From NCBI GenBank assembly GCA_963845185.1, contig CAWJRG010000005.1, positions 672,001 through 736,000 of the forward strand: 64,000 bases of DNA. Direction: 5' to 3'. Positions within the stretch are counted from its first letter, which is position 1, and each line of letters starts with the position of its first letter. The translations under genes were made by a program, and so were the position numbers. The DNA is from an uncultured bacterium (GTDB taxonomy: Bacteria > Oederibacteriota > PGYV01 > CAWJRG01). The notes beneath the pieces were generated by a model. It searched no databases. It was not told the DNA's origin and saw only the letters and a program-made list of their open reading frames with translations. Shown here one piece after another: positions 45,981-59,013 of the stretch.

Positions 45981-46522
45981 AATATGCTGCTCTCCATCTT
46001 GTTTATATTTACGTGCACGCCTATTTTCCGTCCCGCGTCTTTTAATTCGCGCTCAAGCATGTTAATGTCAAGCCCCAGCGGTATGGCAACCTCGAGTATC
46101 ATATAATAAGCGGCCGGTTCCACCTTTTGCGAACTTTTTGTTTCAAGGTCTATTATGTTCACGCCGTTCTTGTAAAGTATTCCCGTCATTGTTTTTACTA
46201 TTCCCGGCCTGTCCGCGCCTGAAATTGATATAATATACGAGTTGCCTTCTTCCTTATATTCTATCATTTCCTTTTCGGTGATATTACTTATCTCCACGGC
46301 CATGGAAAATTTTTTCATGAAAGCCTGCAGCTCTTTGTTGAGTTTTTTCTTTTCCGGCCTTTCCTGGTTTGAAAGAAGCATTACGACGGAAAAAGTGTGC
46401 CTGAGCATGAGCATGGCAGAGTCCTCAATGTTGAAATTGTGCTTTTTTAAAATCTTCGAAAGATTAAATACTATCCCTTTCCTGTCAACTCCGCCTGCAA
46501 TAAGCAAAAAATAATTTTTCAT
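45977..46522 (-). CDS. ACT-domain protein (GcvR-like)
   Basis: Two ACT repeats: GVDRKGIV..NIEDS and GADRPGIV..NIIDL. Confidence 0.85.
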   Translation of the reverse strand: MKNYFLLIAGGVDRKGIVFNLSKILKKHNFNIEDSAMLMLRHTFSVVMLLSNQERPEKKKLNKELQAFMKKFSMAVEISNITEKEMIEYKEEGNSYIISISGADRPGIVKTMTGILYKNGVNIIDLETKSSQKVEPAAYYMILEVAIPLGLDINMLERELKDAGRKIGVHVNINKMESSIL

Positions 46523-46572
46523 GATATCCTCCTATGTATAGCGCTCATTTCGCTGTAATTTAACTCTTATAA

Positions 46573-46661
46573 AACCCCTCTTATCCCCTTTATTAAAGGG
46601 GATGTAAATACCTCCTCCTTAACAAGGGAGATAAATAGTCCTGTGGACTATTTAACGGGTT
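46573..46661. repeat. REP-like multi-hairpin element
   Basis: ATCCCCTTT-ATT-AAAGGGGAT; CTCCTT-AAC-AAGGGAG; TAAATAGTCC-TGT-GGACTATTTA; closed by AACCC/GGGTT. Confidence 0.55.
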
Positions 46662-46718
46662 GTTTCCATAAGTTATTATAATATAAAAACCACCCCTTGC
46701 GTGGTACTATTTTATATT

Positions 46719-49700
46719 TTATTTCCCCGGCGTCGGCGTAGCCCTTGAAGCGCTTTTATCCTGTCCCCAGCCCGGGAAATTCAGGTGTGTCTCTATTCCG
46801 TAATAATCAGGCATAAGGGAAAAGCCCACTCCCGGCGCGAACGTCTTGGAAATTATGAATTTTTTTGTCGCGTCGATTGAGTATTCAGCGGAAAATGACT
46901 GTTCCAGATTCCACCCGCTTGGTGTCTGGATGCCGAGAAGGGGGCTGTCTGTCAACTTTAAATTGTAACCCACGTATAACTTTTCCATGAAATATTTTCC
47001 CATATCGAGTTCAATCTCGGTTGGTTCAGACGACTTTAAAACCGTGTTTGAAACCGCGTTTGGCCCTGATTTTGTGTTGTCGCCGCTGAAAAAATTCTTA
47101 AGGCCTTTTAACTTTATGCCGAATACATCTACAGGCACAATCTTTTTAACAGCGTTGCTTATGGCCGGCTGTTTCACGAGGAAATTGCCAACTGCGTCAA
47201 CAGCCTTGTTAATGTCTTCCTGCTTTACCATGCTTCCGGAATCCATGTCCCTGCCGAAAGTCATTATGTAAAAAAGCCTGTTTTTTTCAAACGGCGGGTC
47301 CGAGGAAACATCTATATTTATATTGCCGGGCCTGCCGAAGGAATGAAGGTTTACGGTTATATCCGTGCTTTTGTAGGCGACGGTCCCGTCAGGCTGCTTA
47401 ATATCAGCGCCGTTGGGGTCGGTTTGCCTCATATCAACGCCGCTTATTGAGGTAGTCATATAAACGTCCATTAAAGGTATCCTGCCGCCGTCAAAAATTA
47501 TTTTTGATTCTTTCGTACTGTCAATGGTAAAATCTGTATTTACATATTTGTATGTGCCTCTCACTATTTCTATTTCGCCCGTAATACCGAGTTCGTCGCC
47601 CCGGCCCTTGAGATAAAGGCCTTTATCCTTTGTTTTCATGTTGACCTCGGTCGAGTCGTTGTAGAAATAAACGTTTTCCCCGGAGTAAACAGCCACATCC
47701 CAGTTAATCTTATTCACGATACTGTCGCCGGGCTTGCTTGTTTCTGTTTTTTGCTGGCTCATTTTGGGCGGATATGTCACCCTTGCGTCGGAAAATTTCA
47801 TTGTGCCTTTTACGTCAGGCCCTTCCAGGGGCCCTGTTATTGCAAGGTCAAGGTCTGCATTGCCTTCCAAAAATTCCATTTCCGGGGTATTTGAAAACAC
47901 GGCTTTATCGCCTATATTATTCAGTTTCCAGTTGACGCTGTATACCTGCATGCCCTTTAAAAGGCCGCCGTTTCCTTCCGTCAGGTTTTTAATCTGCAGC
48001 GTTCCTCTTTTTGTGTCGCCTTTTAAATTATATATATCGATAACATTGTCCTTTATTAATATGTTTGCGTAAACATGTTCCAGGCTGCCGAATAAGTATT
48101 TTAACTTCAATCGCCCGTCTGTTACGTCCATCTTGCCGCTTACCTCGGGAAATTCGGGAGTTCCTTTTATTGATAATTCAGCCTCGGTCACGCCTGAGGC
48201 GTCGTCAACCCATGTAAGAAATTTAAGTATCGACAGGTCGCCCCCTTTTAGCGAAGCGTTTACATCCATTGGTGCGCCTTTAAGCTTTTCAGCGCCTTCC
48301 TTTGAAACAGGCGCAGGTATCTTGCCCGAAATATCCAGCTCATATTTCCCAGCTTTCGAAAGTATAAGGTTTTGAACCGGCGAAAGGTCTACCCAGTCGT
48401 TCTTAAACATAATCAAGCCGCTGCAAATGTCAAAATCAACATTGTCAACCGTGCCGTTTGCAATTTTCATGTCTATCGTGTATGCCGGTTTCTGCATGTT
48501 GCCGGAAACTTTTATCGCGCCGCTTAAAGTTCCTTTCCATGAGTGGCCCCAGCCGAGAAGGTCGTTTGCAGCCTGCGGGTCCATGTTGGTTACTTCCGCG
48601 GTCAGGTCTGAATCCCCCTTGCTTTTATTCAAAGTTCCCTTTATATTGACCGTTTCAGCGCCGAACCTGTCCTTTATGACAAATTCCTTGAAAAAAATGC
48701 TGTCTTTGGCTATTTTCAGATCGGCTTTCAGGTCGCCTTTGCCTTTTCGTGTTTCTGCGGTCAGTTCGTCGTCGTTATAATTGACTTTTATCATGAACGG
48801 TTTAAAATTGTAATTTTTAAAAACAAAATTATCCGATTCCGCCGAACCGTCTATAAAAAGATTTTTATAGTTTGATATCCTCCCGTAAAAATTAAGCGTC
48901 CCGTTGAGCCTGTTACCCTGGAGGTTAAAATCCTTCATATCGGCCTTTAAAGTAGCGTAATAATCATTTTTGTCTTTTATCTCAAGGCTTGAATCCCCCA
49001 TATTGAGGTATGAGTTTTTATAATTAAGCGCGCCTTTTTTCAGCGTTATTTTTTTATTGCCGATGGCGTACTGTATGTCAACACTGTCGTAAGGTGTGTC
49101 GAATATTTTTCCGGATGTCAAAAGCATCTCGCCGTCACCTGACAGGTTTTCAGCCTGGCCTTTCAGAGTGCCTGACGCGTTTACTTTGCCGGTGCCGTCG
49201 AAATTCTCGTCAAAAATATAAACAAAATCTCTTGCAGATAAGTTGTTTGCGTCATAGCTTAAATCGACCCTGTTCAGTTTGTAAAAAATACCGTCTTTCT
49301 TAAGGCTTACTTCACCCGTGCTTTTCAAAATGCCTTCCTGCTGTGATAATGTCAGGGAAACCGCCGCGTTATCAAGCCCGCCTTCAACCTTGACCAGTGC
49401 CTTTATTATGCTGGTGCTGTCGAGCGGCTTGTCCCTTAGGTTTAAAATCGAGTACAGCGGGTACAGGTCGGCATTGTTTGCGCGCGCAAGCATATTTATC
49501 TTCGGGCTGTCGCCTCCGGTAATTTTGCCCGTGATGCTGTACTCCTCCCCCCACAAAAGCGAAAAAGTGGATAAATCCTTGTTTTCATTATTAAGTTCAA
49601 CGTCAAGGTCGGCCATTTTCTTTCCGTTAAAATAAATGTCCTTGATTCCGGCTTTAAGCATGCCGAGGTTTGGGTTTCCGGCGAATGCGGCGTCCGCGGA

Positions 49701-52037
49701 TCCGGAAAAAGTGGCTTTAACCGAAAGCCTGTTGTTTATTTTATAATCCTGCATCGTGCCGTTAATTAATAATCCTATATTTTCCCCGTTTTTTACCGAG
49801 CACGACCCGCTTGCTTTTAAAAAACCTCCCGACTGCTTTATGTATATTTTATTTATAGCAAACTCGTCCTTGTCGCCTTTAATGTCTATGCTGGCCTTTC
49901 TATAAACACTGTTTTGGTAAACGGCGTCAAGTAGCACGCTGCCGGCGTACCCGGTGCTTTCTTTTTTTATGACAGTGCTGCCGTTTATTACGCTGTTTTC
50001 AAAAAATTTCAGCTTTGTAATTTCATTTATTATATTTCCCTTGAAATTTTGCATCCCGATTTCCATGTCGAACAGCTTCTTGTTGACTGAAAAATTGCCT
50101 TTTGCATGAAGCTGGTTGCCGAAATCAAATTCGTTGAGGGTTATCGTATTTTCCGCGTAAGCGCCTTGGGCATCAAGCTTGTAATGTTCCCCTCTTACAG
50201 TTACCGGCATTTTATCGATTGTAAAGCTGATTTCAGGCGCGTCTGTTGTGCCGCGTATGGAAATTCCGCCTTTTAAAGCAGCGTCAAGCTGCTTGTCCTT
50301 TAAATAATCAATATCCAGGTTTGAAAGTAGTATTTTATCGAAACCGGCGTCAATGCCCAGTTTTTTGCCGGCAAATGCATAATTACCCGTTGCTTTAAAC
50401 ATTTTGTTTTCCTTGTCAAAAAGCGTAAAATCCGATATTGAAAACCCGTCTTTTGTTTTCAGTATTCCCGTCTTGAGCTCAAGGCCCTTATATTTATTGC
50501 TGTCAAACCTGACAATTCCGGTTATCTTATCCTTGGCCATACTGAATTCGCCTCTAAAATTTTTGACGTTTAAACCTGACAGGTTCGCTGCTCCCGAAGA
50601 AATGCTGGCCTTTATTCTTAAATCCTCTGTGCTGCCTCCTATTTTTATTCCCGCGTCAAGCGCGCCTTTAAAATCGGTTCTGCTGAAAACCTGCCCGATT
50701 TTCGCCCCTGTGATATTAATCGCGACCGATGATTTTCCCGCGCCTTTTTTTAGAAATATTTTCCCGTTTCCCGTACCATTGCCTTCAGCCAAATATCCCT
50801 TTATCTTATTTATATTCAATATGCCGGATTTATAGTTGAACTCGCTTTCCAGGTCCTTTATTGGCATGCCGCGCAGCGAGCCTGAATCCCATATCAGGTT
50901 TCCCGCAATTTCGGGTTTTTCTTTATCGCCCTTGACTGACAAAGTTCCCCTCACGCCGCCCTTAAAGTTATCGCTGCTGATTTTTTCAGTATCTATGTTA
51001 TTAAAGGCGAGGGTCGCGTTGAATTCCATCTTTTTGAAAACATCTCCCGCTTCACCCTTGATGGATCCTGTCCCGCCAAAAACCGAAAAATCCGTGCTTT
51101 TCGTTTCAACTTTGTTATTTTTCAGGAAAACAACGCTGCTGATATCTGAAATTATCGTGCCGTTTAAAAATTTTATTACTCCGTCTTCTATTTTCAGCGT
51201 GCCGCTCAGGTTCATCTCCGCAGGGTTAAAACTGCTGCCGCCGGCTGTTAAATTCGTTGTAAGCATGCCTTTTTCAACCTGGTATCCGCCTGTGGGCGCG
51301 AGGTAGCTTCCCCATTGGTTCATATCCGCCCTGTCAATTGTTAATGCGCCTTTATAATCATTTTTTATGAAAGAATATTTATAACTAAAAGCCAGGTTGT
51401 TCTGCTTTCCGCTGTTTGTGGTTCCGTTTAAATTTATATAAAGGGAGTCGGGCACTCTTTTATAATCTTTCAAAAAAATTGTGCCTTTTATATTGCCTAT
51501 TGTGCCGAAAAATTTCCTGTCTTTGTCTTCGTATATTATTTTGCCGTCTTCGATGAAAAGCCTGTTTATGGGGAGCGGAAGCATGTGCTTTGGGGTTTGC
51601 TGGTTAGTGTTCTTATTTCCGAAATTCAGGGTGCTTATGAATTTACCTAGGTTGAATTCGCCGTTTTCTCTTTTTAAAAATACGGTTGGTGAGTGGATGA
51701 TTATTTGGGATAATGTTTTGTCTATTTCGGTTTTCCTGAAAATATAATCCATCAGGTTATATCTTATGGCAATGCTTTTTATAGCAACAAAATCCCCGCC
51801 ATGCCCCGAAGTGCGTTCCACCGGTATGGCTATATCCTTTATTGTTATGTTGTCGATAAATCCCAGCTCTATTTTACCGATGCGGATATTCTTGCCCGTG
51901 ATGCTCATTATTTCCGAGACTGCGTAATCCCTTGCGTAATCGGTAAAAATCCCGGTTTTAAAAGCCACGATTAGGCACCCGGCAAAAACAAGTAATAAAA
52001 GAAGTAATATTATAAAGAAACTTTTAATGATTCTCAT
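46719..52037 (-). CDS. tamB: Translocation/assembly module TamB / AsmA-like protein
   Basis: 1772 aa; N-terminal TM anchor; repetitive beta-rich body; DUF490-like C-terminus (GTYKY, SSDPP, GKY...LYVGY). Confidence 0.8.
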   Translation of the reverse strand: MRIIKSFFIILLLLLLVFAGCLIVAFKTGIFTDYARDYAVSEIMSITGKNIRIGKIELGFIDNITIKDIAIPVERTSGHGGDFVAIKSIAIRYNLMDYIFRKTEIDKTLSQIIIHSPTVFLKRENGEFNLGKFISTLNFGNKNTNQQTPKHMLPLPINRLFIEDGKIIYEDKDRKFFGTIGNIKGTIFLKDYKRVPDSLYINLNGTTNSGKQNNLAFSYKYSFIKNDYKGALTIDRADMNQWGSYLAPTGGYQVEKGMLTTNLTAGGSSFNPAEMNLSGTLKIEDGVIKFLNGTIISDISSVVFLKNNKVETKSTDFSVFGGTGSIKGEAGDVFKKMEFNATLAFNNIDTEKISSDNFKGGVRGTLSVKGDKEKPEIAGNLIWDSGSLRGMPIKDLESEFNYKSGILNINKIKGYLAEGNGTGNGKIFLKKGAGKSSVAINITGAKIGQVFSRTDFKGALDAGIKIGGSTEDLRIKASISSGAANLSGLNVKNFRGEFSMAKDKITGIVRFDSNKYKGLELKTGILKTKDGFSISDFTLFDKENKMFKATGNYAFAGKKLGIDAGFDKILLSNLDIDYLKDKQLDAALKGGISIRGTTDAPEISFTIDKMPVTVRGEHYKLDAQGAYAENTITLNEFDFGNQLHAKGNFSVNKKLFDMEIGMQNFKGNIINEITKLKFFENSVINGSTVIKKESTGYAGSVLLDAVYQNSVYRKASIDIKGDKDEFAINKIYIKQSGGFLKASGSCSVKNGENIGLLINGTMQDYKINNRLSVKATFSGSADAAFAGNPNLGMLKAGIKDIYFNGKKMADLDVELNNENKDLSTFSLLWGEEYSITGKITGGDSPKINMLARANNADLYPLYSILNLRDKPLDSTSIIKALVKVEGGLDNAAVSLTLSQQEGILKSTGEVSLKKDGIFYKLNRVDLSYDANNLSARDFVYIFDENFDGTGKVNASGTLKGQAENLSGDGEMLLTSGKIFDTPYDSVDIQYAIGNKKITLKKGALNYKNSYLNMGDSSLEIKDKNDYYATLKADMKDFNLQGNRLNGTLNFYGRISNYKNLFIDGSAESDNFVFKNYNFKPFMIKVNYNDDELTAETRKGKGDLKADLKIAKDSIFFKEFVIKDRFGAETVNIKGTLNKSKGDSDLTAEVTNMDPQAANDLLGWGHSWKGTLSGAIKVSGNMQKPAYTIDMKIANGTVDNVDFDICSGLIMFKNDWVDLSPVQNLILSKAGKYELDISGKIPAPVSKEGAEKLKGAPMDVNASLKGGDLSILKFLTWVDDASGVTEAELSIKGTPEFPEVSGKMDVTDGRLKLKYLFGSLEHVYANILIKDNVIDIYNLKGDTKRGTLQIKNLTEGNGGLLKGMQVYSVNWKLNNIGDKAVFSNTPEMEFLEGNADLDLAITGPLEGPDVKGTMKFSDARVTYPPKMSQQKTETSKPGDSIVNKINWDVAVYSGENVYFYNDSTEVNMKTKDKGLYLKGRGDELGITGEIEIVRGTYKYVNTDFTIDSTKESKIIFDGGRIPLMDVYMTTSISGVDMRQTDPNGADIKQPDGTVAYKSTDITVNLHSFGRPGNINIDVSSDPPFEKNRLFYIMTFGRDMDSGSMVKQEDINKAVDAVGNFLVKQPAISNAVKKIVPVDVFGIKLKGLKNFFSGDNTKSGPNAVSNTVLKSSEPTEIELDMGKYFMEKLYVGYNLKLTDSPLLGIQTPSGWNLEQSFSAEYSIDATKKFIISKTFAPGVGFSLMPDYYGIETHLNFPGWGQDKSASRATPTPGK

Positions 52038-52054
52038 GGTATACCGGCTGGTTT

Positions 52055-54502
52055 TTAAATCTTGGCATTCGCTTCCTTCGTTATAAAAATAAGCTCGTCC
52101 TTTTCCCTTTCGGCTTTTATTACCGTCCCTGATTTTATTCCGCCGCTTAAGACTCTTTCGGCGAGCGGGTCCTCAAGCAGGCGCTGTATGGCCCTGCGCA
52201 GCGGCCTTGCGCCGTAAACCGGGTCAAAACCCTGCTCTATCAGCAGGTCCTTCGCGTTGTCAGTCAGCTCAAACGCAATTTCTTTGTCGGTAAGCCTCTT
52301 TATGACGTCTGCCATCATGATGTCCACGATTTTCTTCAAATCTTCTTTTGACAGCGTCCTGAATACTATTATGTCGTCGACCCTGTTCAGGAATTCCGGG
52401 TTTAAAACCTTTTTCAGGTCTTCCAGCGTCCTTTCTTTTAATTTATCATAGGAAAAATCCTGCTCCTCTTTCTGAAAACCCAGTACCTTGCTTTTCTCCA
52501 CGTATTTCGAACCTATGTTTGAAGTGATTATTACAACCGTATTTTTAAAATCGACGACCCTGCCCACGGAATCAGTCAGCCTGCCGCTTTCAAGTATCTG
52601 AAGCAGTATGTTGAAAACCTCCGGGTGCGCTTTTTCTATCTCGTCAAACAGCACTACGGAATAAGGCCGCCTCCTCACTTTTTCGGTTAATTGCCCGCCT
52701 TCTTCATGGCCGACATAACCCGGAGGGGCTCCTACCAGCCTCGACACCGCAAATTTCTCCATAAACTCCGACATGTCTATCCTGACCAGCGCGTCTTTGT
52801 CTTCAAACAATATGTAAGCAAGCGTCCTCGCGACCTCGGTTTTTCCCACGCCCGTTGGCCCAAGAAAAATAAAAGAGCCTATGGGCTTGTTCGGATCGCC
52901 CATGCCGGCGCGCGAACGCCTGATTGCCTTTGATATGGCTTTAATCGCCTCTTGCTGGCCTATCACCCTTTTTCCGAACTCATCTTCCATTTTTAAAAGT
53001 TTTTCCGATTCTTTTTCCTCAAGTTTGTATATGGGTATTCCTGTTTGCTTTGAAATTATATAGGCGATATCTTCCGCCTTTACCACAGGAGTTTGTTTTA
53101 TTTTCGTATTTTCAAACTGTTTCCTTGCGTCTTCCCTTCTTTTTCTTAACTCGTTTATCTTGTCCCTCAGGCCCGCGGCTTTCTCGAACTCCTGGGATTT
53201 TACCGAAGATTCTTTTTCTTTTGTCACATGCTCGATTTCACTGTCGAGCGCCTTGATGTCGTCCGGCAGAGTCGTGGCATAAAGCCTGGCCCGCGCGCCT
53301 GACTCGTCAATCACGTCAATGGCCTTGTCTGGCAGGAACCTCTCGGTAATATACCTGTCTGACAGCTTGACTGCCGCTTCAATGGCCTCGTCGGATATTT
53401 TCACTTTATGGTGTGCCTCGTATTTATCCCTGAGCCCCTCAATAATATCTATTGTTTCATCCAGCGTGGGCGCTTTCACAAAAATCGGCTGGAACCTGCG
53501 CTCTAAGGCACCGTCTTTTTCAATGTATTTTCTGTATTCATTCAGGGTTGTCGCGCCTATGCACTGGAATTCGCCGCGGGAAAGCGCGGGTTTTAACATG
53601 TTTGACGCGTCTATTGCGCCTTCGGCTGCCCCAGCTCCCACAAGCGTATGCAGCTCATCAATGAAAAGAATTACCGTGTTTGCAGCGTGCCTTACCTCGT
53701 TTATGATTGTTTTCAGCCTTTCCTCAAACTCGCCCCTGTACTTGGTGCCTGCTACAACCGCCGCAAGGTCGAGCGTAACCACGCGCCTGTTAAGTAGAAG
53801 CTCGGGCACGTCGCCTTTTACTATTTTCTGCGCAAGCCCTTCCACTATTGCGGTTTTTCCTACACCCGGCTCGCCTATCAGCACAGGGTTATTTTTTGTC
53901 CTCCTGCTCAGTATCTGCACTACCCGCTCGATCTCGTCCTCCCTGCCTATAACAGGGTCTAGTTTATTATCCTTTGCAAGGCTTGTCAGGTCCCTGCCGA
54001 AATTGTCAAGAGTTGGCGTTGTTGTTTTATATGAAGGATAATGGCTGTATTTGGGCGGCGTGCTGGAGCCGAGGATATTTATTGTCATTTCCCTGGCTTT
54101 CCTGTAGTTCACGCCCTTCTCGCCGAGCACGGTGGCTGCCATGCCTTCGCCTTCTTTTAAAAGCCCGAGCAACAGGTGTTCTGTCCCTATGTAATTGTGC
54201 CCCATTGTCTGCGATTCCTCGGCCGCAAGCTCAAATACCTTTTTTGTCTGCGGCATGAACGGTATCTCGCCGGCTATCATTGTGCCGCCGGCGTTTTCAA
54301 CAAGGCGGTCCTCAATTTCAAACCGCAGTTTTTCCAGTTCTATGTTCATTGCCTCAAGCACTGCTGCTGCTACCCCGCCTGCATCCTTCAATATTCCCAG
54401 CAGCACATGCTCGGTACCGAGGTAATCATGTCCCATTCTTATTGCTTCCTCTTTTGCGAACGCTATTACTTTTCGCGCCCTGTCCGTAAATTTGTCGTAC
54501 AT
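52055..54502 (-). CDS. clpC: ATP-dependent Clp protease ATP-binding subunit ClpC
   Basis: Clp N repeats, [11 protein letters not shown]-type middle domain, [11 protein letters not shown] ClpP loop, YGARPLRR. Confidence 0.95.
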   Translation of the reverse strand: MYDKFTDRARKVIAFAKEEAIRMGHDYLGTEHVLLGILKDAGGVAAAVLEAMNIELEKLRFEIEDRLVENAGGTMIAGEIPFMPQTKKVFELAAEESQTMGHNYIGTEHLLLGLLKEGEGMAATVLGEKGVNYRKAREMTINILGSSTPPKYSHYPSYKTTTPTLDNFGRDLTSLAKDNKLDPVIGREDEIERVVQILSRRTKNNPVLIGEPGVGKTAIVEGLAQKIVKGDVPELLLNRRVVTLDLAAVVAGTKYRGEFEERLKTIINEVRHAANTVILFIDELHTLVGAGAAEGAIDASNMLKPALSRGEFQCIGATTLNEYRKYIEKDGALERRFQPIFVKAPTLDETIDIIEGLRDKYEAHHKVKISDEAIEAAVKLSDRYITERFLPDKAIDVIDESGARARLYATTLPDDIKALDSEIEHVTKEKESSVKSQEFEKAAGLRDKINELRKRREDARKQFENTKIKQTPVVKAEDIAYIISKQTGIPIYKLEEKESEKLLKMEDEFGKRVIGQQEAIKAISKAIRRSRAGMGDPNKPIGSFIFLGPTGVGKTEVARTLAYILFEDKDALVRIDMSEFMEKFAVSRLVGAPPGYVGHEEGGQLTEKVRRRPYSVVLFDEIEKAHPEVFNILLQILESGRLTDSVGRVVDFKNTVVIITSNIGSKYVEKSKVLGFQKEEQDFSYDKLKERTLEDLKKVLNPEFLNRVDDIIVFRTLSKEDLKKIVDIMMADVIKRLTDKEIAFELTDNAKDLLIEQGFDPVYGARPLRRAIQRLLEDPLAERVLSGGIKSGTVIKAEREKDELIFITKEANAKI

Positions 54503-54517
54503 GCTCCTGCCTCTGCT

Positions 54518-55390
54518 TTAATATTCGACTTTTGTTCCAAGTTTAGTCGTAAGTTTCCTGAATTCTTTTGTGATTCTCTTTGTAATTTCGCCCGGCTTGC
54601 CTCCGTTTATTTCCCTTGCATCTATCCTGACAACCGGTATAACCTCGGCTGCCGTTCCGGTCAAAAAGCACTCGTCGGCCGTGTACAGGTCGTACCGCGT
54701 CAGCACATCTTCCTGAAAAGGTATCCCAAGTTTGTCGCTTACGTCTATGACGGTTGAGCGTGTAATGCCGTCAAGCACGCCCGTAAAAAGCGCAGGGGTT
54801 ATAAGCTTCCCATTTTTAACGATGAAAATATTATCGCCCGTGCATTCTGTAACATATCCCTGGTTGTTCATCATTATGGCTTCAAGGCTGCCGTGGTTAT
54901 TCGCCTCTATTTTTGCCAGTATGCTGTTTAGGTAATTAAGCGACTTTATTTTCGGGTCAAGCGCTTCGCTTAAATTTCTCCGTGTTGCTACCGTAGTTAT
55001 TGAAAGCCCGTTTTCATAATACTCCTGCGCATACAGCGCTATTGTGTCGGCGATTATGAAATAAAAAGAAGGCCCGCATTTTTTCGGATCAAGGCCAAGA
55101 TCCCCTGGTCCTCTTGTGACTACAAGCCTTATATACCCGTCTTTTAATCCGTTTTCAGCCACTGTTTTGACTGTTTCTTTTATCATCTCTTCTTTTATTA
55201 TTTCAATTTTCAGCATTATTGCTTTTGCCGAAGAATACAGCCTGTCGATGTGCTCTTTCAGCTTGAATATATTGCCTTTGTATATTCTTATGCCTTCAAA
55301 CACACCGTCCCCGTACAAAAGACCGTGGTCGAAAACAGAAACTTTAGCCTCTTCTTTTTCTACCAATTTGCCGTTTAAATTAATCAACAT
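54518..55390 (-). CDS. ilvE: Branched-chain amino acid aminotransferase
   Basis: DHGLLYGDGVFEGIR, KSLNYLN, LDGITR, FLTGTAAEV. Confidence 0.95.
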   Translation of the reverse strand: MLINLNGKLVEKEEAKVSVFDHGLLYGDGVFEGIRIYKGNIFKLKEHIDRLYSSAKAIMLKIEIIKEEMIKETVKTVAENGLKDGYIRLVVTRGPGDLGLDPKKCGPSFYFIIADTIALYAQEYYENGLSITTVATRRNLSEALDPKIKSLNYLNSILAKIEANNHGSLEAIMMNNQGYVTECTGDNIFIVKNGKLITPALFTGVLDGITRSTVIDVSDKLGIPFQEDVLTRYDLYTADECFLTGTAAEVIPVVRIDAREINGGKPGEITKRITKEFRKLTTKLGTKVEY

Positions 55391-55463
55391 CTTTATTTTC
55401 TCCTTAAAATATCATCCGGATTAGCAATATTATGCCGTTATGACTGATTATTAGACGAATTAT

Positions 55464-56153
55464 TTAGCGTATTTTCTTTATATATTTTACGTTTCCGTCA
55501 TCTATATAAACCACCCTGTTTCCGTAGGAAGCAAGATGGTCATTGTGGGTTACTATTACAAAAGTCTGTCCGAAACTCTTGTTAAAATCAAGTATTATCT
55601 TGTGTATCATTTCTGCGTTTTGTTTGTCAAGGTTGCCAGTGGGTTCATCCGCGAAAATAATGTCGGGTCCGTTGGTAAGCGCCCTTGCTATGGCTACACG
55701 CTGCTGCTCACCGCCCGATAATTCAGACGGCCTGTGTAATAATCTACCACCTAACCCCATAGTTATCAATATCTTTTTTGCGCTTTCCTCCGCTGTTTTT
55801 TTGGCATCGCCTTTTATAAGGGCCGGCATCATGGTGTTTTCAAGCGCGTTGAATTCAGGCAAAAGGTGGTGAAACTGGAATATAAATCCCATGCTCTTGT
55901 TTCTGAACCCTGCCAACCTGTCGTCGTTTAAGCTGTACATGTCCGTGTCTTTTAAAAGCACTTTTCCCTCGGAAGGCCTTGAAAGGCCCCCGAGTATGGA
56001 AAGCAGCGTGCTTTTGCCCGCGCCCGACGGCCCGATAATAATAAGTATTTCCCCTTCTTCCACTTCCAGATTTATGCTTTTTAAAACGTTGAGCTGGTTT
56101 TTTCCGGTTCTGAACGTCTTTGTAATCTGCCTGGAAATCATTATGCTACTCAT
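55464..56153 (-). CDS. lolD: Lipoprotein-releasing ABC ATPase
   Basis: GPSGAGKS, FQFHHLLPEF, LSGGEQQR, DEPTGNLD; adjacent to lolC/E. Confidence 0.9.
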   Translation of the reverse strand: MSSIMISRQITKTFRTGKNQLNVLKSINLEVEEGEILIIIGPSGAGKSTLLSILGGLSRPSEGKVLLKDTDMYSLNDDRLAGFRNKSMGFIFQFHHLLPEFNALENTMMPALIKGDAKKTAEESAKKILITMGLGGRLLHRPSELSGGEQQRVAIARALTNGPDIIFADEPTGNLDKQNAEMIHKIILDFNKSFGQTFVIVTHNDHLASYGNRVVYIDDGNVKYIKKIR

Positions 56154-57381
56154 ATCGTATAGCCTCTACCGGGTCAAGTTTTGCGGCCTGCATTGCAGGA
56201 TAAATTGTGGATAAAAACGAAAGTACTATTGAAGCCGCAGGTATTATTATTAAATCCTTGATATCCATTGCAACCGGCATTTTGTCTATGTAGTAAATGC
56301 TGCCACCGCCGGGCATTGAAATCGGATGCTGCTTTAAAAACACGCATATTGCTATGCCGGCAGCAACTCCTACAAAAGTTCCTATAACGCCTGTCGCCAC
56401 GCCCTGGGTCATGAATATGTTCATTATATTTGCCCTTGTCGCGCCCATTGATTTTATTATGCCTATGTCCTTTGTTTTCCTCATCACGACCATTATTAAA
56501 GTGCCCGCTATGTTAAAGGCCGCCACGAGCACTATCAGTGTCAGTATTATGAACATGGTCAGCTTTTCTATCTGCAAAGCCTGAAAAAGGTTTTTGTTCA
56601 TGGACATCCAGTCCCTTGCCCAGAGGTTTTTGAATTTCCTGTGAATTTCCGTAGCTACAAGTGCCGCGTTTTCAAGCTTGTCGAGTTTTATCGCGATGCC
56701 TGTTATTACGTTGCCCTTGTCAAACAGCTTCTGTGCAGTATCAATGGAAACATAGGCGAAAGTCGAATCGTAATCGTACATGCCGGATTCAAAAACGCCG
56801 ACTATTTTCATCTTGCTCATTTTTGGCATAAGCCCGGCCGGCGTCTGGACAAAAACCGGTGATACAAGGATAATGTCGTCGTTTATATCCACGTTTAAGT
56901 TTGTCATAAGCTCTTTGCCTATTACGATGCCGCGCTGTCCGTCCGGCAGTTCCTTGCTTATAAAATCAATGTCGCCCTTTATCATGTTTTTGCTTAAATT
57001 ATTTACTTTTGTCATGCTTTCCGGTATTACTCCCCAAAGCATTATGCCTTCCACGCTTTCCCTTGACTTTAGCATCACCTGCCCCATGAAATAAGGGGCA
57101 ACGCTTTTTATATGTTCCATTTTGCTTATCTTGTCGACCGTGTCCTGATAATCGCTTATTCCTTCCTTAAAATAGGACGAAGCAATTACATGGGCATTTG
57201 TGCCTATGACTTTGTCCCTTATGTCGTTGTCAAAACCGTTCATTACGGAAATAACAACTATAAGGGCGGTTACGCCGAGCGCAATACCGGATATAGATAT
57301 GAAGTTTATCAGGGAAATAAACCCTTCTTTTTTGGACCTTAAATACCTGAGTCCGATAAAAACCGTAAATCCGTTTGCCAT
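56146..57381 (-). CDS. Lipoprotein-releasing ABC permease LolC/E
   Basis: GLRYLR, GIALGVTALIVVISVMNGF, VAAFNI, PAMQAAKLDPVEAIRYE. Confidence 0.92.
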   Translation of the reverse strand: MANGFTVFIGLRYLRSKKEGFISLINFISISGIALGVTALIVVISVMNGFDNDIRDKVIGTNAHVIASSYFKEGISDYQDTVDKISKMEHIKSVAPYFMGQVMLKSRESVEGIMLWGVIPESMTKVNNLSKNMIKGDIDFISKELPDGQRGIVIGKELMTNLNVDINDDIILVSPVFVQTPAGLMPKMSKMKIVGVFESGMYDYDSTFAYVSIDTAQKLFDKGNVITGIAIKLDKLENAALVATEIHRKFKNLWARDWMSMNKNLFQALQIEKLTMFIILTLIVLVAAFNIAGTLIMVVMRKTKDIGIIKSMGATRANIMNIFMTQGVATGVIGTFVGVAAGIAICVFLKQHPISMPGGGSIYYIDKMPVAMDIKDLIIIPAASIVLSFLSTIYPAMQAAKLDPVEAIRYE

Positions 57382-57393
57382 TAATACTCCTAT

Positions 57394-57458
57394 GTTTGGT
57401 GTTTCAGGTTAAATGTTGAAAGTAAAAAACATTAAACCTTAAACTTTTACCTTTAAAC
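57394..57458. repeat. Inverted array of degenerate 7-bp repeats
   Basis: GTTTGGT GTTTCAG GTTAAAT GTTGAAA, then AAACATT AAACCTT AAACTTT TACCTTT. Confidence 0.65.
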
Positions 57459-57460
57459 AG

Positions 57461-58967
<1,507 letters not shown>

Positions 58968-59013
58968 GTATTCCGCTCCTGTTAAAAAATTTTCAGCCAA
59001 AATATCGCAATGG

